A stretch of DNA of 64,000 nucleotides from an uncultured archaeon (GTDB taxonomy: Archaea; Asgardarchaeota; Thorarchaeia; Thorarchaeales; Thorarchaeaceae), in NCBI GenBank assembly GCA_964610875.1, contig CAZSWP010000005.1:1-64000 (forward strand), given 5' to 3'. Positions 29,362 through 38,902 of the stretch are shown here, piece by piece. The number at the start of each line of letters is the position of its first letter. Positions within the stretch are counted from its first letter, which is position 1. The position numbers and the translations under genes were made by a program. Below the pieces are notes generated by a model. It did no database searches. It saw nothing but the letters and a program-made list of their open reading frames with translations, and had not been told where the DNA came from.

Positions 29362-29991
29362 GAGTACATGAGGAAGGATTTCACGTAAATCCTTCTTCCT
29401 TATTGTTATCATTGCGGCCTCGGCCACTTCTTCTTTTGAGGGGTTGAACGCAATTGATAGTCCGGCGATTTTAAGAACACTAATATCATTCGTACCATCT
29501 CCAACGAATGCAGTTTCTTCTAAAGATACTCCAAAATGGGCACAGACTTCTTCAATTTCTTTTGCCTTTCCACCCCAACCAACCTTTACTCCCACTTTAC
29601 CTGTGAGAAAACCATCTCTATAATCGAGTTCATTAACAAGCACATATTCTATGCCCACTCGACCGGCTATGTCAAGGGCAAGAATGTCTAAACCACCAGA
29701 AAGAATTGCAGCATGAATGCCATTTTTTTTGAGTTCATCGATAGTTTCAATGGCACCTGGCATAAGCTGAGTTTCTTTTGCAACAGTTAAGACCTTAGAA
29801 AGTGGTTGTCCCTTCCAAAGACCTGCATCTAAATCAGCCCATCTCTGATAATCAATCTCACCTGCAAAATATTGGTCATAGAAAAGTTGACCTTCTTCAC
29901 GAGTGTTGAAAACTTCATGCAAACGCCACCATGAGCTATCATGAGTGGTTAGAGTACCATCTACATCAAAAACTACCAGACGGATTTTCAT
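29323..29991 (-). CDS. HAD-IB phosphatase (SerB-like)
   Basis: FDVDGTL, SGG, K, VGDGTND. Confidence 0.85.
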   Translation of the reverse strand: MKIRLVVFDVDGTLTTHDSSWWRLHEVFNTREEGQLFYDQYFAGEIDYQRWADLDAGLWKGQPLSKVLTVAKETQLMPGAIETIDELKKNGIHAAILSGGLDILALDIAGRVGIEYVLVNELDYRDGFLTGKVGVKVGWGGKAKEIEEVCAHFGVSLEETAFVGDGTNDISVLKIAGLSIAFNPSKEEVAEAAMITIRKKDLREILPHVLSTPDKQNKHIRL

Positions 29992-30028
29992 ATCTGAGCA
30001 CCAGATATGTTATGCTAAAAAGATTAGG

Positions 30029-30688
30029 TTAACTCTGTGCTTCTTTCTCACGCTCTTCTTTTGCCTCTCGTTCTAAATCAGCTAGCAAGTCATCAATACG
30101 CTTCTCATCAGATTCTTTTTCTTTCTCGGCGGTCTTTTCACCTTCGGTTCCCAGTGGTGGAAGGACACCTTCCTTCTCCAAAAGGATTTCGGCTTCCATT
30201 GCATCAAGTTGTCGTTCAATTCTCTCCTCGGATTCAATGGACGCTTCTGAACCTGAAAGATCTTCAGAAAGAAGCTCGCCTGCTATTGATATCTGTTCAA
30301 ACGATTCAGATAGTTTATCTAACTGGGTTTGAATCTCACCAGGGCTCAATATCTTCCGTGCTGCAGTTAGTGCATCATTAGCGATACTGAAGGCTCTGAG
30401 AACCTCAGCTTGATCTTTTGCTTCTTCAATATTCAGCAAAGCTGTTTCCAAAGTCAAAAACTGCTGCTGATATCTACCTCGTCTGTTCTGAAGGTCCACA
30501 ACGATGCTTAGATGCTGTCTTGCAATAGACCTATCCCCTCGAGCCATAGCTTCTTTTGCAATCTTTTGCTCTTCCGTCATCCTAGTTTCTAGTCTGCGAA
30601 TCCTCAGAGTCATAGCGTTCATTGTGCCTTTTATTTCAAGGATTCCACGTTCAGCATCCACTTTCTTTTTTCCGCTTAGAAAACCCAT
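30029..30688 (-). CDS. Snf7-family ESCRT-III protein (Vps20/32/60 group)
   Basis: MGFLSGKKK..., helical hairpin with GDRSIARQHL, LETALLNIE, acidic tail with VLPPL and IDDLLADLE. Confidence 0.85.
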   Translation of the reverse strand: MGFLSGKKKVDAERGILEIKGTMNAMTLRIRRLETRMTEEQKIAKEAMARGDRSIARQHLSIVVDLQNRRGRYQQQFLTLETALLNIEEAKDQAEVLRAFSIANDALTAARKILSPGEIQTQLDKLSESFEQISIAGELLSEDLSGSEASIESEERIERQLDAMEAEILLEKEGVLPPLGTEGEKTAEKEKESDEKRIDDLLADLEREAKEEREKEAQS

Positions 30689-30765
30689 GATAGTGCACCA
30701 AAACCTGCGCATTCATGAGAACTTCGGAATCTATGTATTTAAAGAATTGTGAGAAGGGGGATACT

Positions 30766-31614
30766 ATTAAGAAAGATTGGCGCTTTAATCTACTCGGTGT
30801 CATAGTGGCAATTCTAGGTGAAATGAAGGAAGTGATCAGGTCTATCAAGAGCGCAGTTATTGAAAACATTCATCAATCAAAAGATAAGACCGGTAGCGTA
30901 AACCCTTACGGAGATAAGACATTAGTCCTAGACCAATTGTCAGAAGACACAGCAATAGAGATATTGCAATCATCAGGTCATGTATATGCAGTACTCACAG
31001 AAGAACAAGGCCTAGTATTGCCTGATAAAAAACCAGAATTTCTAACAGTATTAGATCCAATTGATGGTTCTGCTAATCTAGAACGTGGAATACCATTATG
31101 TTCAGTCGGGATATCAGTAGTTCCCTATCAAGAAACCATGACATCTGATGATGTGGAAATCAGCATAATTGACTCTTTCTTCACCGATGAAATATACGTG
31201 GCCATCACAGGAAAAGGGGTTACAAAAAATGGGGAGAAAGTCACACCTGCACAAGAGAAAGCATCTTCAGACTTGATAATCTCATATGATACTAAGCGAC
31301 CATGGAAAGGCGAATTTGGTCAGTCATCAAAGCAGGTTCTTGAAGGCGTCCATGATATGAGAAGAACAGGTAGTAACTTACTTGATCTATGTTGGACAGC
31401 ATCCGGATCTTTAGATGCGATGATTGACTTACGAGGTATTCTTCCTATTGTTCATGTTTCTGGAAGTCATATGGTATTCGAAGCAGGGGGTTTTGTTCTT
31501 GAGCAATCAGGAAAACGAATGGTACTACCTATTGAGAAGGATGTGAGGATGAGCTATGTTGCAGCCTCCTCAGAGAACCTAGCTAGGTATCTTTTGGATT
31601 TATTCAAAAAATGA
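30766..31614 (+). CDS. Inositol monophosphatase / FBPase class IV
   Basis: TEE, LDPIDGSAN, RRTGS, A.GSLDA; start uncertain (ATT 30766 after GGGGG, or ATG 30823). Confidence 0.85.
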   Translation: MKKDWRFNLLGVIVAILGEMKEVIRSIKSAVIENIHQSKDKTGSVNPYGDKTLVLDQLSEDTAIEILQSSGHVYAVLTEEQGLVLPDKKPEFLTVLDPIDGSANLERGIPLCSVGISVVPYQETMTSDDVEISIIDSFFTDEIYVAITGKGVTKNGEKVTPAQEKASSDLIISYDTKRPWKGEFGQSSKQVLEGVHDMRRTGSNLLDLCWTASGSLDAMIDLRGILPIVHVSGSHMVFEAGGFVLEQSGKRMVLPIEKDVRMSYVAASSENLARYLLDLFKK

Positions 31615-31663
31615 AATTTAGCTGAATCTAACATTTTATAACTAACAGATAGAGTTTCAGTAA

Positions 31664-32485
31664 TTGGCGAAAATAATGTCAATGCCTCCAATTCCAAAAG
31701 AAATTCAAGAAGCAATGGGAAAGATCAAGCACAAGATTGTCATCCTCTCTGGAAAGGGAGGTGTCGGAAAAACCACTGTGGCTACAAACTTGGCGATTGC
31801 ATTCGCCAAGACAAAGCATAGCGCGGGAGTACTTGATGTAGACATCTATGGACCAAATGTACCAAAGCTTCTAGGATTAGAAGGGCAATATCCAACAGCA
31901 GAGGATAATAAGATACACCCCATAGAAGGACCGCTTGGAGTCAAAGTCATGAGCATGGGTTTTCTTCTTCGTAACGCAGATGATGCTGTAGCCTGGAGAG
32001 GACCTCTGGTAGCGAAGGCGATTAGTCAGTTCCTAGGTGATGTTAACTGGGGAGAGTTAGATGTGATTGTTGTTGATCTCCCACCTGGCACTGGTGATGA
32101 GATACTCAGTATTCTACAGCAAATACCAGACATCTCTGGAGTAATCATCGTATCAACACCGCAAGAGGTAGCAATGCTAGATGCAAGAAGAGCTATCCAA
32201 CTCGTAAAGAAAATGAATGTCCGTGTTCTAGGTGTCATTGAGAACATGAGTGAGTTCGTATGTCCCAGTTGCGGAAAAGCATACAAGATTTTTGGAGAAG
32301 GAGCTGCTGCAAAGGCTTGTGAAACCTATGGAGTAGAGCACCTTGGTACATTACCTCTCGATCCTAGAATCATTACTTTAAGTGATGAGGGAAATCCCTT
32401 CGTCGTGGCTGAACCTGATTCAAAGGCTGCCAAAGACTTTAACAAAATTGTAGATAAGATTTCTGAGATGATTGGTATTGAATAA
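31664..32485 (+). CDS. mrp: Mrp/NBP35 Fe-S carrier ATPase
   Basis: SGKGGVGKT, DVDIYGPN, WRGP, DLPPGTGD, ENMS..CPSC. Confidence 0.93.
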   Translation: MAKIMSMPPIPKEIQEAMGKIKHKIVILSGKGGVGKTTVATNLAIAFAKTKHSAGVLDVDIYGPNVPKLLGLEGQYPTAEDNKIHPIEGPLGVKVMSMGFLLRNADDAVAWRGPLVAKAISQFLGDVNWGELDVIVVDLPPGTGDEILSILQQIPDISGVIIVSTPQEVAMLDARRAIQLVKKMNVRVLGVIENMSEFVCPSCGKAYKIFGEGAAAKACETYGVEHLGTLPLDPRIITLSDEGNPFVVAEPDSKAAKDFNKIVDKISEMIGIE

Positions 32486-32540
32486 TACATGATGGCTGTG
32501 CTACCTGCCATCTATCGTAGATATTGCAGGGAAAGAGAGA

Positions 32541-32972
32541 TTAATCCTCTTCCCGTTCATCATCAGAAGATTCGAGTTCTTCCCCTTCTTCCTCGTCAAG
32601 AAGATTATCCTCTTCTTCACCTTCTACACTAGAAGTTGTGATTCCTGCTGGAGTCATCTTCCAGATGTATAAATAACCCAGAAAGATGCTAAGTAGAGCT
32701 AAGAGGATTACTATTGCAACAGCACCACCAGCACTAAACCAAGCTATAGGATTTATCCAGAGCTCATTTGTAGGTGTGTCCAAAAAAACTCGCTGGACCC
32801 ACATTGGTACAGTAAATGCCAGCGGCAAACAAATTAGAATCAAAAGTATAATTGATGCAATAATCTCAGCAGTATATATGAGAAGTCTCTTCAAAGTGCT
32901 GTCAACAACTTTTCTGGCTTTGGACAATTTACTCGCTCCGATTGCTGAGGTCATCCATACGCCTTTTAACAT
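32541..32972 (-). CDS. Two-TM membrane protein with acidic tail
   Basis: Two hydrophobic segments, E/D-rich C-terminus. Confidence 0.7.
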   Translation of the reverse strand: MLKGVWMTSAIGASKLSKARKVVDSTLKRLLIYTAEIIASIILLILICLPLAFTVPMWVQRVFLDTPTNELWINPIAWFSAGGAVAIVILLALLSIFLGYLYIWKMTPAGITTSSVEGEEEDNLLDEEEGEELESSDDEREED

Positions 32973-32980
32973 TTGCTAAC

Positions 32981-33083
32981 AAAAAATGAATCGGGGGGCT
33001 CACGAAAAGCAAGCATTTCGCCAGTGCCTGCGACAAACAGATGGATTTGAGAGAGATGTAGCGGATATATGTGAGCCCCGCAT
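32981..33083 (-). ncRNA. Putative structured small RNA 1
   Basis: Closing stem GGGGCTCAC/GTGAGCCCC (33071-79/32995-33003), GGAAAA+TATATATT promoter 33104-33117, U6 tail. Confidence 0.6.
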
Positions 33084-33179
33084 GTAATATAGAAACCTAT
33101 TGCAATATATATTTTCCTATGAGGTTATAATATAATCTATCCAATTTATAGTGGTTGTTCTACTGAAGCAATAATCATG

Positions 33180-33280
33180 AATAAGAGGAGCTGGGACCTG
33201 AAGGAGGAGAGAGAATAATTCTCGTAAGAGGAGATCTTACATGCGAGAGAGAAGAGAGTCTTGAGGTCCCCAGCTCTCTA
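33180..33280 (-). ncRNA. Putative structured small RNA 2
   Basis: Closing stem GAGCTGGGGACCT/AGGTCCCAGCTC, inner stem with UCUCC-containing loop, TTATATAC at 33300-33307. Confidence 0.6.
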
Positions 33281-33361
33281 TGGTATTATACTCATGTATG
33301 TATATAATACAATCTCGTGTGCTGATGGCTTTACTAGAAGTTGTTTATTTTATTGTGATTT

Positions 33362-33418
33362 TCGCAATAATATTCATGAAAATTGCGATACACACAAAAT
33401 TTATATAAATTTGTTGTG
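33362..33418. promoter_or_regulatory. Palindromic operator-like sites and TATA box between divergent sRNA promoters
   Basis: TCGCAAT-N13-ATTGCGA; AAATTTA-TA-TAAATTT centred on TTTATATA. Confidence 0.45.
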
Positions 33419-33429
33419 GAATATGACAT

Positions 33430-33575
33430 GAATGCGTGTGGAGGATCGCCAAGCTTGTCTTCGACAAGCCCCCTCCTGAAAATAACCTGACAGCACTTTT
33501 TGTGCACACACATCCTCTCCTCCTCAAACAAGCAACCAAGCGAAATTTTCTGGCGGTCCTCGCACCTTTCTACTC
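33430..33575 (+). ncRNA. Putative structured small RNA 3
   Basis: Closing stem GAGGATCGCCA/TGGCGGTCCTC (G.U favours + strand), hairpins GCTTGTC-TTC-GACAAGC and GCAC-T5-GTGC, TTTATATA at 33400. Confidence 0.6.
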
Positions 33576-33588
33576 TTTATTACTACAA

Positions 33589-33969
33589 TCAAGTGACTAT
33601 TTCAAACAGCAATGGAAAACTACCATGAGAATAAATCTCCATAAGGAATGGGTTCTTTGATTCAGCCACTTTTTTCCATAGGTCATTTTCTCTCAGATAA
33701 TACGATATGTCGGTACTGTCATTCCTTATCTCAACAACAGATCCTTGAGGAAGAGATTCTAAGTCACTCACATCTAGAAGTTCTTCGTTACTGTTTGGCA
33801 TATTGGATGGTTTAGATAGAAAAACACGAAAGATATAGTCATCAGAGTGAATGAGTAATGCGACATGTGGCCGGTTTAACGAATCCCATTTCCGCGGGAT
33901 AGGTGGAGTGCGACATGTATAAGCTCCCATAGCAGATTGCATTATCAATAACGTGCTTTCATCAATCAT
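33589..33969 (-). CDS. Hypothetical protein
   Basis: 126-aa ORF with GAGGT SD; no recognised motif. Confidence 0.5.
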   Translation of the reverse strand: MIDESTLLIMQSAMGAYTCRTPPIPRKWDSLNRPHVALLIHSDDYIFRVFLSKPSNMPNSNEELLDVSDLESLPQGSVVEIRNDSTDISYYLRENDLWKKVAESKNPFLMEIYSHGSFPLLFEIVT

Positions 33970-34240
33970 TCAAATAATACCTCTGAGATGTAACTCGAAG
34001 GGGGGACCTTCATCAATTTCATAATCAAATGCGAATCAACGAATATATAGCATTGTTTCAGCACAATTGACAAAAAAGGACCTCAATAAACACCAAATAC
34101 TAACATAGATTGACTTCTAATGCTATTCTAGATTATTCAAAGAAAAATGTAAGAAAACCAATCTAAATCAATATGCCCATGTTTTATAATCAGTCATAGA
34201 TAGACAATGCTACTTAACAAACGGACAAAATATGGAAACC

Positions 34241-34927
34241 TCATAACTGATCTTCTTTTACACGTTTTACGACATGGTCTAGAATTTCACGTAAGGAAGA
34301 CACAACAATTGTTGCTCCAGCATCTCTTAAATCATCCTCTTTTGTTTCGCCTGTTGCTACACCCCAGAACTCAACACCAGCACGTCTTGCCGCGACACCA
34401 TCAATTAGGGCATCACCGACATATACTGCTTCGTCAGAATCAATACCTAGACGTTCAACTACCTGGTGGAGACCGTCAGGGTATGGTTTAGGACTTCTTG
34501 ATTCATGTCTAGTCTGTATAACTTCAAAATAGTCAGTAAGTGGTATTTTTGAGAGCATGATGTCTACAGCATTTCGGCCATTATTTGTCAGAATTGCTGT
34601 CTTCAAACCAATCTTTCTAATTTTAGACAAAGTATCGAATGTACCGTCCATAAGAGTCACATCAACTGCAGAGGTGTCTTCATGAGAAGATAAGATGCCA
34701 TCTAACTCAATCTGCCATAGGTCCCATTGATATTCGTCGATGCGATGAGGTATGAAATACTTTCTTGCTTTTCCCGTTGTACTGGAGATACCATCTGCTG
34801 GTTCAATTAGTTCAGGAGGAAGTCCCTTTGAGATGAAGAACTTCTTAGTGTCCGACCGCATTGCTTCTAATGGCAACTTCAACTTTGTCAGAGTGCCATC
34901 AAGATCGAAAATAATTGCTTGAAGCAT
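34241..34927 (-). CDS. HAD-IA hydrolase (phosphoglycolate phosphatase-like)
   Basis: FDLDGTL, TNN, KPYPD, YVGDALID. Confidence 0.88.
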   Translation of the reverse strand: MLQAIIFDLDGTLTKLKLPLEAMRSDTKKFFISKGLPPELIEPADGISSTTGKARKYFIPHRIDEYQWDLWQIELDGILSSHEDTSAVDVTLMDGTFDTLSKIRKIGLKTAILTNNGRNAVDIMLSKIPLTDYFEVIQTRHESRSPKPYPDGLHQVVERLGIDSDEAVYVGDALIDGVAARRAGVEFWGVATGETKEDDLRDAGATIVVSSLREILDHVVKRVKEDQL

Positions 34928-34964
34928 TACGTATTCTCCGAGCAGCAACTAAGGTGAACAGCAC

Positions 34965-35615
34965 TTAAGGATAATCATTTGATAACTTCATAAAAAAGTC
35001 GTCAATCTCCTCGATTACTGATCCAAGCATGCTTGTATAGAAATGCCCCTCATTTGGAACCTTCAATGATTGAGAGTTTGGTAATACTGAGGAGATAGTT
35101 TCAAGGTCTTTAGGAGGGACAACTTTGTCAACCATGCCATGTATTGTCAGGGCAGGACAAATTATGTGTCTAAGATCATTATCGCTTATCCCAATTTGAT
35201 AAAGAATTGAAATTGATGCACTCAAGGTTATTAAGAAATCCAGTTCAAATTTCGTTGCTACTGCAAGTGCCACTGAACCTCCAAAGGAATAGCCAATTAC
35301 ACCGAGTTTTTCTATTTTACGTAAATCAGTGAAATAATACATTGCACAAATTGCCTCATCCAGTGCAGCCTGTTCTCCGCGATAAACAGATTTAGACGGA
35401 GTGGCTCCAGAGAAATTAAATCGAAATGTATCAATGCCGAGATTTGAACATGCATTTACGGTAGCTTGAACTACATCATTGTGCATCGTTCCCCCATAGC
35501 GAGGATGTGGATGTAATATCAATGCACCTCTAGCTGATCGATTTTTGGGTGAGTTTAATATACAATCAAGTTCATGCCCGTTGCATTCAATTCTATAATG
35601 TAATTCCTCTATCAT
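34965..35615 (-). CDS. Alpha/beta hydrolase (COG2945-like)
   Basis: HPHPRYGGTMHN, GYSFGG, D, GHF. Confidence 0.88.
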   Translation of the reverse strand: MIEELHYRIECNGHELDCILNSPKNRSARGALILHPHPRYGGTMHNDVVQATVNACSNLGIDTFRFNFSGATPSKSVYRGEQAALDEAICAMYYFTDLRKIEKLGVIGYSFGGSVALAVATKFELDFLITLSASISILYQIGISDNDLRHIICPALTIHGMVDKVVPPKDLETISSVLPNSQSLKVPNEGHFYTSMLGSVIEEIDDFFMKLSNDYP

Positions 35616-35628
35616 AATGCTCCTCGCT

Positions 35629-36126
35629 TTAGTCTTCTCTAATTACAAGAGCTTTGATGCATGTATCATCACCATTGGCAGCTCTAACAACTTCCATCTT
35701 AATTTCTGGAGCAATTCCTTCAGCAACTGCACCGACATATGGGAGACACACAGATTCACAGTATAACTTGCCATCCTTTTTGAATTCTTCATATTGTGGG
35801 CAATATGGATGGGTTGTTTCAACTTTGTTTTCAGAAGTCCAATTGGTCTTCATCTTTGCGCCCATTACATGTCCTATTACAATCCAAGCATCAACTGCAT
35901 CCTTGAGTGATGAACCCAGACCCAGACGTTCTTTCATGGCACTTGCATCCTGAGCGCCAAGACGGCGGAATATTTCAGAAATAGCGTTTAATCCTTCTTT
36001 ACCAAATCGCTCATCAAGTACCTCCGCCATAGTACTCATTAGACGAGTGAGATTACTCCGCAATTCTGAAACCTTGTTACCAGCAGGAATGATACCTTTT
36101 GTTGCGGCGGTTCTCATGATTCCCAT
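35629..36126 (-). CDS. V4R/ATC-hydrolase-like fold protein
   Basis: RLG..D helix, CP, C...C, GDDTC pattern. Confidence 0.6.
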   Translation of the reverse strand: MGIMRTAATKGIIPAGNKVSELRSNLTRLMSTMAEVLDERFGKEGLNAISEIFRRLGAQDASAMKERLGLGSSLKDAVDAWIVIGHVMGAKMKTNWTSENKVETTHPYCPQYEEFKKDGKLYCESVCLPYVGAVAEGIAPEIKMEVVRAANGDDTCIKALVIRED

Positions 36127-36268
36127 TTTCTTTTATTCTCTCCTTATGCAGAACTTCTTTTTCTGGGTGATATCTGTAACTCATTAGTCTTCTCATTTCA
36201 AGACAATAATTCCGAAAACAACAAAACATCTATACTATGTGATGGTTGACAATTATGAGGTTATATTG

Positions 36269-37285
36269 ATGTCACAATTCGAGGGTATTGATTTTACAAG
36301 CATGGAAAGCATGGTTGATGCATTTCCGAAACTTATCGGGTCTGTAAATCCACCAGATGAGTTATTGGAAAAAGCAAAAGAAATGCATGAGAAGGAATTG
36401 AATGGTATTTGTCTTCTAGGAATGGGAGGCAGTTCGATTGCAGGAGCTTACTGTAAGGCATTATATCATACTGATACAGAAATTCCAATTGAAATATGCC
36501 GCGGTTATTTTTTGCCTAAGTATGTGAACCATGATTGGGCAGTTATTGCAGTCAGTTATTCCGGGAATACCGAAGAGACTCTTTCTTCACTTAGAATGGC
36601 AAAAGAGAGAGATTGTGAGATATTCGGAATAACATCTGGAGGAAAACTAAAACATCTAATAAAACAGGAAAGACTGATGGAGATTATCCCAGAATTCCAA
36701 CCCCGAGCTGCTTTACCTATTTTACTCTCCTATGAACTTCCTTTGATTGAAAGTCTCATCGGAAGAGAAATTACAAATCTGAAGGAACTAGAAGTCGAAT
36801 CAATCGATATTCGAGTTAATAGTGAATTTATATCTTCTAGAAATCTAACAGAGAAAATCATAAACAAACAACTTCTCTTTATTGGTGCCGAGCATTTGTT
36901 ACCTGTTGCATATCGAGCAAAGTGTCAGGTAAATGAGAATGCAAAAACATTGGCGTTTCATGCAGAAATCCCTGAATCAAATCACAATGAGATCGAGTCT
37001 TCTGGAGATTTTTCAAAAGCAGATATAGTTCCAATATTTCTAAAGAGTCAGAATCTATCAAAACGCATCTTAGATCGTATCCATGCTACTATTGATATAT
37101 ACAAGGATGAAGGAGCAATTGTTTTTGATGTTGAATCATGCAATTCCACAAAACTACCTGAAATGCTGGCACTGACATTTTATCTAGATAAAGTATCACT
37201 AGATATTTCAAAACATCTTGAAGCAGACTCAACAAGAGTAGAAAGAATATCTAGGCTGAAGAGGAAACTCTCCAGCCCTGAATAA
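36269..37285 (+). CDS. Bifunctional phosphoglucose/phosphomannose isomerase
   Basis: GMGGS, SYSGNTEET, TSGG, QPRAA, QVNENAK, PESNHNEI. Confidence 0.9.
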   Translation: MSQFEGIDFTSMESMVDAFPKLIGSVNPPDELLEKAKEMHEKELNGICLLGMGGSSIAGAYCKALYHTDTEIPIEICRGYFLPKYVNHDWAVIAVSYSGNTEETLSSLRMAKERDCEIFGITSGGKLKHLIKQERLMEIIPEFQPRAALPILLSYELPLIESLIGREITNLKELEVESIDIRVNSEFISSRNLTEKIINKQLLFIGAEHLLPVAYRAKCQVNENAKTLAFHAEIPESNHNEIESSGDFSKADIVPIFLKSQNLSKRILDRIHATIDIYKDEGAIVFDVESCNSTKLPEMLALTFYLDKVSLDISKHLEADSTRVERISRLKRKLSSPE

Positions 37286-37288
37286 CAA

Positions 37289-37822
37289 TCAAAAATCACC
37301 TTCATAGCTGAATGCTATTATTCTCACAGATGGTGCCCGTGCATTGAAGACTCGCCAAAACATAGTAAGAGTTACTGCGAATACCCACTCATCATTTACC
37401 GTGGCATTATACAAAAGCCATTTGTCATTTATTACAGTGACGGTATTTTGCACTGTGAATGTTTCATTATATCCTGAGGTTAGCGTCTTTCGGTCACTGG
37501 GAATATCGCGTCTAAAAGTAACATAATTGAATTTATCACCATTCAAATAGACTGATACCGTAAGATAGTCCAAACGTGCTTCTCCTGAAGATGCTTCAGG
37601 AGCCAGAAAGCTGAAATCAAGTGCTACACGAGGATTTATCGTTACGTTTTCAATATCCACATTGGTGACACGTATTTCTTCAAGATCAACTTCCAAAAAG
37701 CTAACAATGACATAACTGCCACCGTAATAATTGGCGGTTGTAGCAAGACCGAATCCACTTACAACACCAAGTACAATCATAATTACAACGATAAGATTTT
37801 GCGGCTTTGTGTCTGATATCAC
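37289..37822 (-). CDS. Membrane-anchored beta-rich hypothetical protein
   Basis: N-terminal TM followed by beta-strand-rich domain with NxT sequons. Confidence 0.65.
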   Translation of the reverse strand: MISDTKPQNLIVVIMIVLGVVSGFGLATTANYYGGSYVIVSFLEVDLEEIRVTNVDIENVTINPRVALDFSFLAPEASSGEARLDYLTVSVYLNGDKFNYVTFRRDIPSDRKTLTSGYNETFTVQNTVTVINDKWLLYNATVNDEWVFAVTLTMFWRVFNARAPSVRIIAFSYEGDF

Positions 37823-37897
37823 AACGAGTCACCTTGATTAAATTCCCAATATTTCCAATATCTTACTTCCGCTCCACGCAGATTTCTTGTTTTCATG

Positions 37898-38767
37898 TCA
37901 CACACCTAGTATTATCAAACCAGCTATATGTATAATCCAAGGGGCTATAGCAAGAATAGCTGGGAGTGGAATAGCAGGCAGGATTTCATCATCCTTAGCT
38001 AAGATAGTCACATTGATAATAATACCTGCAAGCGCAAGTATCATTGACATCAACCAGACATAGATTGGAAAGAAGACGAATGCATGTGCAGACACTAATG
38101 AGAATGCAACATAATCTCCCACCCCAACTGTAACAGTTTGACTTTGAATTCTGGTATAGTCAAATGGATCATCACCAATTCGACCAGACATCATTGCAGC
38201 TTCTGCCACGGGAGAATATCTCGTGAGAAAGAAATCCTCTACAACCAAAGTTACTACTAAGACAAACATTGTTGAAGTAACCATTGTTATCCCAAGAAAT
38301 ATTCCGAATATACTACCATAGAATGCAACAAAGATATTTTTCAGTAGAGGAGGGATGGCGTCCATAAGTATCATTGCGAGCGAGAGCATAGCCACTCCTA
38401 GTGATACTATCATAACAATCCCTTGGAATATGTTTCCAGCACCTTTGAAGAGTATCAATAGAAAAGATTCCCCAATAAAGACCGACACGAAATAGAGAAT
38501 TGGAGATACAATGAATGCGATCATGAGTCTCTTGGCTCCGCGACCTCTACGCTTCAAGACCCAGAAAAGCGAAAGAATAACTACTGTTCCCAGCAGAACC
38601 GACACAAATGCCTGCAGAACCAATTGGTTGGGAGTATAGGTTGGAGCGGAACCTATGATTTGACCGATATATGATGAATCTAAGACTGATGCTGCAAATA
38701 TTGAACCAATTGCAAGGGGCAGTGCTGAAAGAAACACCATAATCTGGTAGGGTCTATCTGTATTCAA
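37898..38767 (-). CDS. Presenilin/SPP-like (A22) intramembrane aspartic protease
   Basis: ~9 TM; ED (for YD), GVGD (GxGD), LPAIP (PAL). Confidence 0.75.
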   Translation of the reverse strand: MNTDRPYQIMVFLSALPLAIGSIFAASVLDSSYIGQIIGSAPTYTPNQLVLQAFVSVLLGTVVILSLFWVLKRRGRGAKRLMIAFIVSPILYFVSVFIGESFLLILFKGAGNIFQGIVMIVSLGVAMLSLAMILMDAIPPLLKNIFVAFYGSIFGIFLGITMVTSTMFVLVVTLVVEDFFLTRYSPVAEAAMMSGRIGDDPFDYTRIQSQTVTVGVGDYVAFSLVSAHAFVFFPIYVWLMSMILALAGIIINVTILAKDDEILPAIPLPAILAIAPWIIHIAGLIILGV

Positions 38768-38855
38768 CTATTCTCACCTGATTAGTAGAACTTCTATATC
38801 CATTAAAGAAAATAGGTTTGAGCAAGAGATGCTGAAGGATGATAAGAGGTTATTG

Positions 38856-38888
38856 AAAAAAAAGAAAGGTGAGGGGACGAAGTCCCCT
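38856..38888 (-). terminator. Hairpin + U-tract terminator after ABC solute-binding gene
   Basis: AGGGGAC-TTC-GTCCCCT then cacctttcT8. Confidence 0.7.
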
Positions 38889-38902
38889 AAATATTACTAG
38901 AA

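Noticed and set aside
32980-33575. Y RNA, tRNA, CRISPR or MITE interpretation of the three stem-closed units
   Set aside because: No Ro60-binding GGUCCGA 5' motif, no cloverleaf/TTCGA arm, no repeated spacer unit, and terminal stems differ between units with no target-site duplications
33334-33660. Short ORFs 33334-33531, 33345-33539, 33436-33660
   Set aside because: Overlap each other and the RNA/promoter elements; no SD or protein-like composition
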